Below, piece after piece: positions 62,420 to 64,000 of a stretch of 64,000 nucleotides of DNA. The DNA comes from Takakia lepidozioides (taxonomy: Eukaryota > Plantae > Bryophyta), in NCBI GenBank assembly GCA_030704615.1, contig CM060731.1, positions 35,712,001 to 35,776,000 of the forward strand. The letters are read 5' to 3'. A program made the translations under genes and the position numbers. The notes under the pieces were generated by a model. It was not told the DNA's origin and made no database searches. It worked only from the letters and a program-made list of their open reading frames with translations. Each line of letters begins with the position of its first letter. Within the stretch, counting starts at the first letter, position 1.

Positions 62420-64000
62420 ATTCCGGAACTATTTTGGATTCCAATGATCCATGCGCCGAGGAGGTGTTCACTGATGAATCACAGCCTACATTGATGATTC
62501 TGACCAGTAAGTTATGGGACAGACTTCCACTGCACCCTTTAAATGCCGTAATCGCTTGCATTGATAGTGTCTCGCATACCCGAAGGGATGGTTGGAGAGG
62601 ATGGGTGCCTTATTTGTGTGTCTACTGTATTTCGATCATGAGTAAGTAGGACCTGGTGTTGCTGGGCATTTTATTTGTCAAGCACATAGAGCAGGTTCTT
62701 CGAGAGTATGTGCGCGATTATTGCCGTGCAAGATCGGCTACGGCTCAGTGTTGCTCATCCGCTGGTGAGTGTGGGAGGGAGAGAGGAAAGAGGGGTGCAT
62801 ATGTGTAAAGTTGGATCTCATAAACAAGTTATCAGTCTCCTAATCCTGGAGGGGCATGGGGCAATAATGACGCGCTGTATGCCTTATCATGATTAGTGGC
62901 TAGAAAAGTACAAAGGATCATCTATCTATGAACTCCTGCTTCCGTCTTGAGCTTGAGCTTGAGCTTGCGAGGTTATAGAGTATACTGTGGTCAAGACCTG
63001 TCGATCAACATATTGGGTTGTGGGCTGACAGTCGACTTCTTTGACAACATCGTCCGGGTCAGCACTAGGGAGGGTGGATCAAACCATTGTAAAAGTGTGG
63101 GTCTTTCTTTGCAATTCACAACGATGGCTAGTTTACATTTGAGCGGCTTCATTGGCCAATCTTTGAGGCAGAGCAATGGACCATTTCACGCATTTCCAAA
63201 GAGAATGCACACCCCTATTTCACATATCAGAATGGAGGCAGCTCGTGATCAGCAACTCATGGGCTCTAATGCAAGTACGTACAGTTCCTCTCTATTTTCT
63301 TACTCTTGTTCTGTTGCAGGACCCCCGAACTTTATGATTGTCATACAAGCAGTGCAAGCTTAATAATTATTCTCAAAGTAGCATAGGGTCTGAAATCGGT
63401 GGTGAGGATATCCATATCGGTCTGCCAATATATCGAACTACTCTAGTAGAGGTCTAGCTCCACAGTTAGACTCGTCTAAGTGAAATGTGGATGAACTGTG
63501 AGGCCAGAGTAGTGTTCCTGGCTGAATATGTCAGGTGCAACTGCAACGACCTGCTTCAATTTGATCCAAGGTCACAGCTATATAGGTCATGCGCTAGTAG
63601 TAATCACCTGGTTGGAAGTCATTGGGATTCACTTAGTTTTTAATGCTTCATACAGATCTGGATGGTTGATGACCAATGTAATGTGGGCCTTTTTTGTTGG
63701 CACCCACATCTGCAGCTTTGACAGGTTGCGCCAACGAGCTAGTACATGAGTTGAAACAAGTATCCACACTCGTGGACCTCTCGAAGGATTATTATAGCGA
63801 GAAACCCTTAAGTCATACTATGATCGAGGTAAGTCCTGGGGACTGCCCTAAGAGATTTTAGGGGTCTAGAATGGAGGTATATAATTTGGAATCCTAGAAC
63901 CTTCATTCAGTATATGTCAGCCGTAAGAGCGTAGTAGAAATGTCACATTAAATAATGTTAAATTACTGCTCGTTCAAGTCAAACTCGTGACGTGAACACA
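62420..64000 (+). repeat. Segmental duplication unit, copy 2
   Basis: Colinear with ~29660-31240. Confidence 0.9.
63124..63274 (+). CDS. Probable first exon (plastid transit peptide) of the next diterpene synthase paralogue
   Basis: MASLHLSGFIGQSLRQSNGPFHAFPKRMHTPISHIRMEA…, followed by a GTACGT donor. It lies in the duplicated unit that precedes the terpene synthase exons in copy 1. Confidence 0.5.

Overview
Eukaryotic, repeat-rich genomic window from a non-seed land plant (probably a bryophyte; inferred from gene content and TE types, not proven). Host genes: 3' part of a PUX11/UBXN4-type UBX gene (+, with a likely U12-type intron), an apparently intact multi-exon SSRP1 (-), a truncated LPR1-type multicopper oxidase pseudogene, and fragments of a decayed tandem array of diterpene synthases. 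The array is scrambled by a ~25-kb inversion (~32487-57370) whose breakpoints can be read from the sequence. The centrepiece is a young 12,044-bp Ty3/Gypsy-type retrotransposon (32793-44836, - strand, 4-bp AATT target duplication). It encodes Gag, protease, a DNMT3-like C5-cytosine methyltransferase, RT, RNase H, a DDE integrase and a PHD finger. Its terminal repeats are split and permuted (B-internal-A-GC-B-A) instead of being two equal LTRs. The PPT and a self-complementary (Tf1-like, tRNA-independent) PBS define a conventional LTR, yet the integrated ends map to a palindrome (GACA|GC|TGTC) inside that LTR. This suggests integration from a two-LTR circle opened at an internal att site. The rest is LINE fragments (RTE/RTEX-like with TSDs, L1, Dualen/RandI-like), a pogo-like transposase split by nested insertions, MITEs, a CACTA end, Helitron-like ends and a tRNA-derived SINE. 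All calls were made by eye with no database searches.
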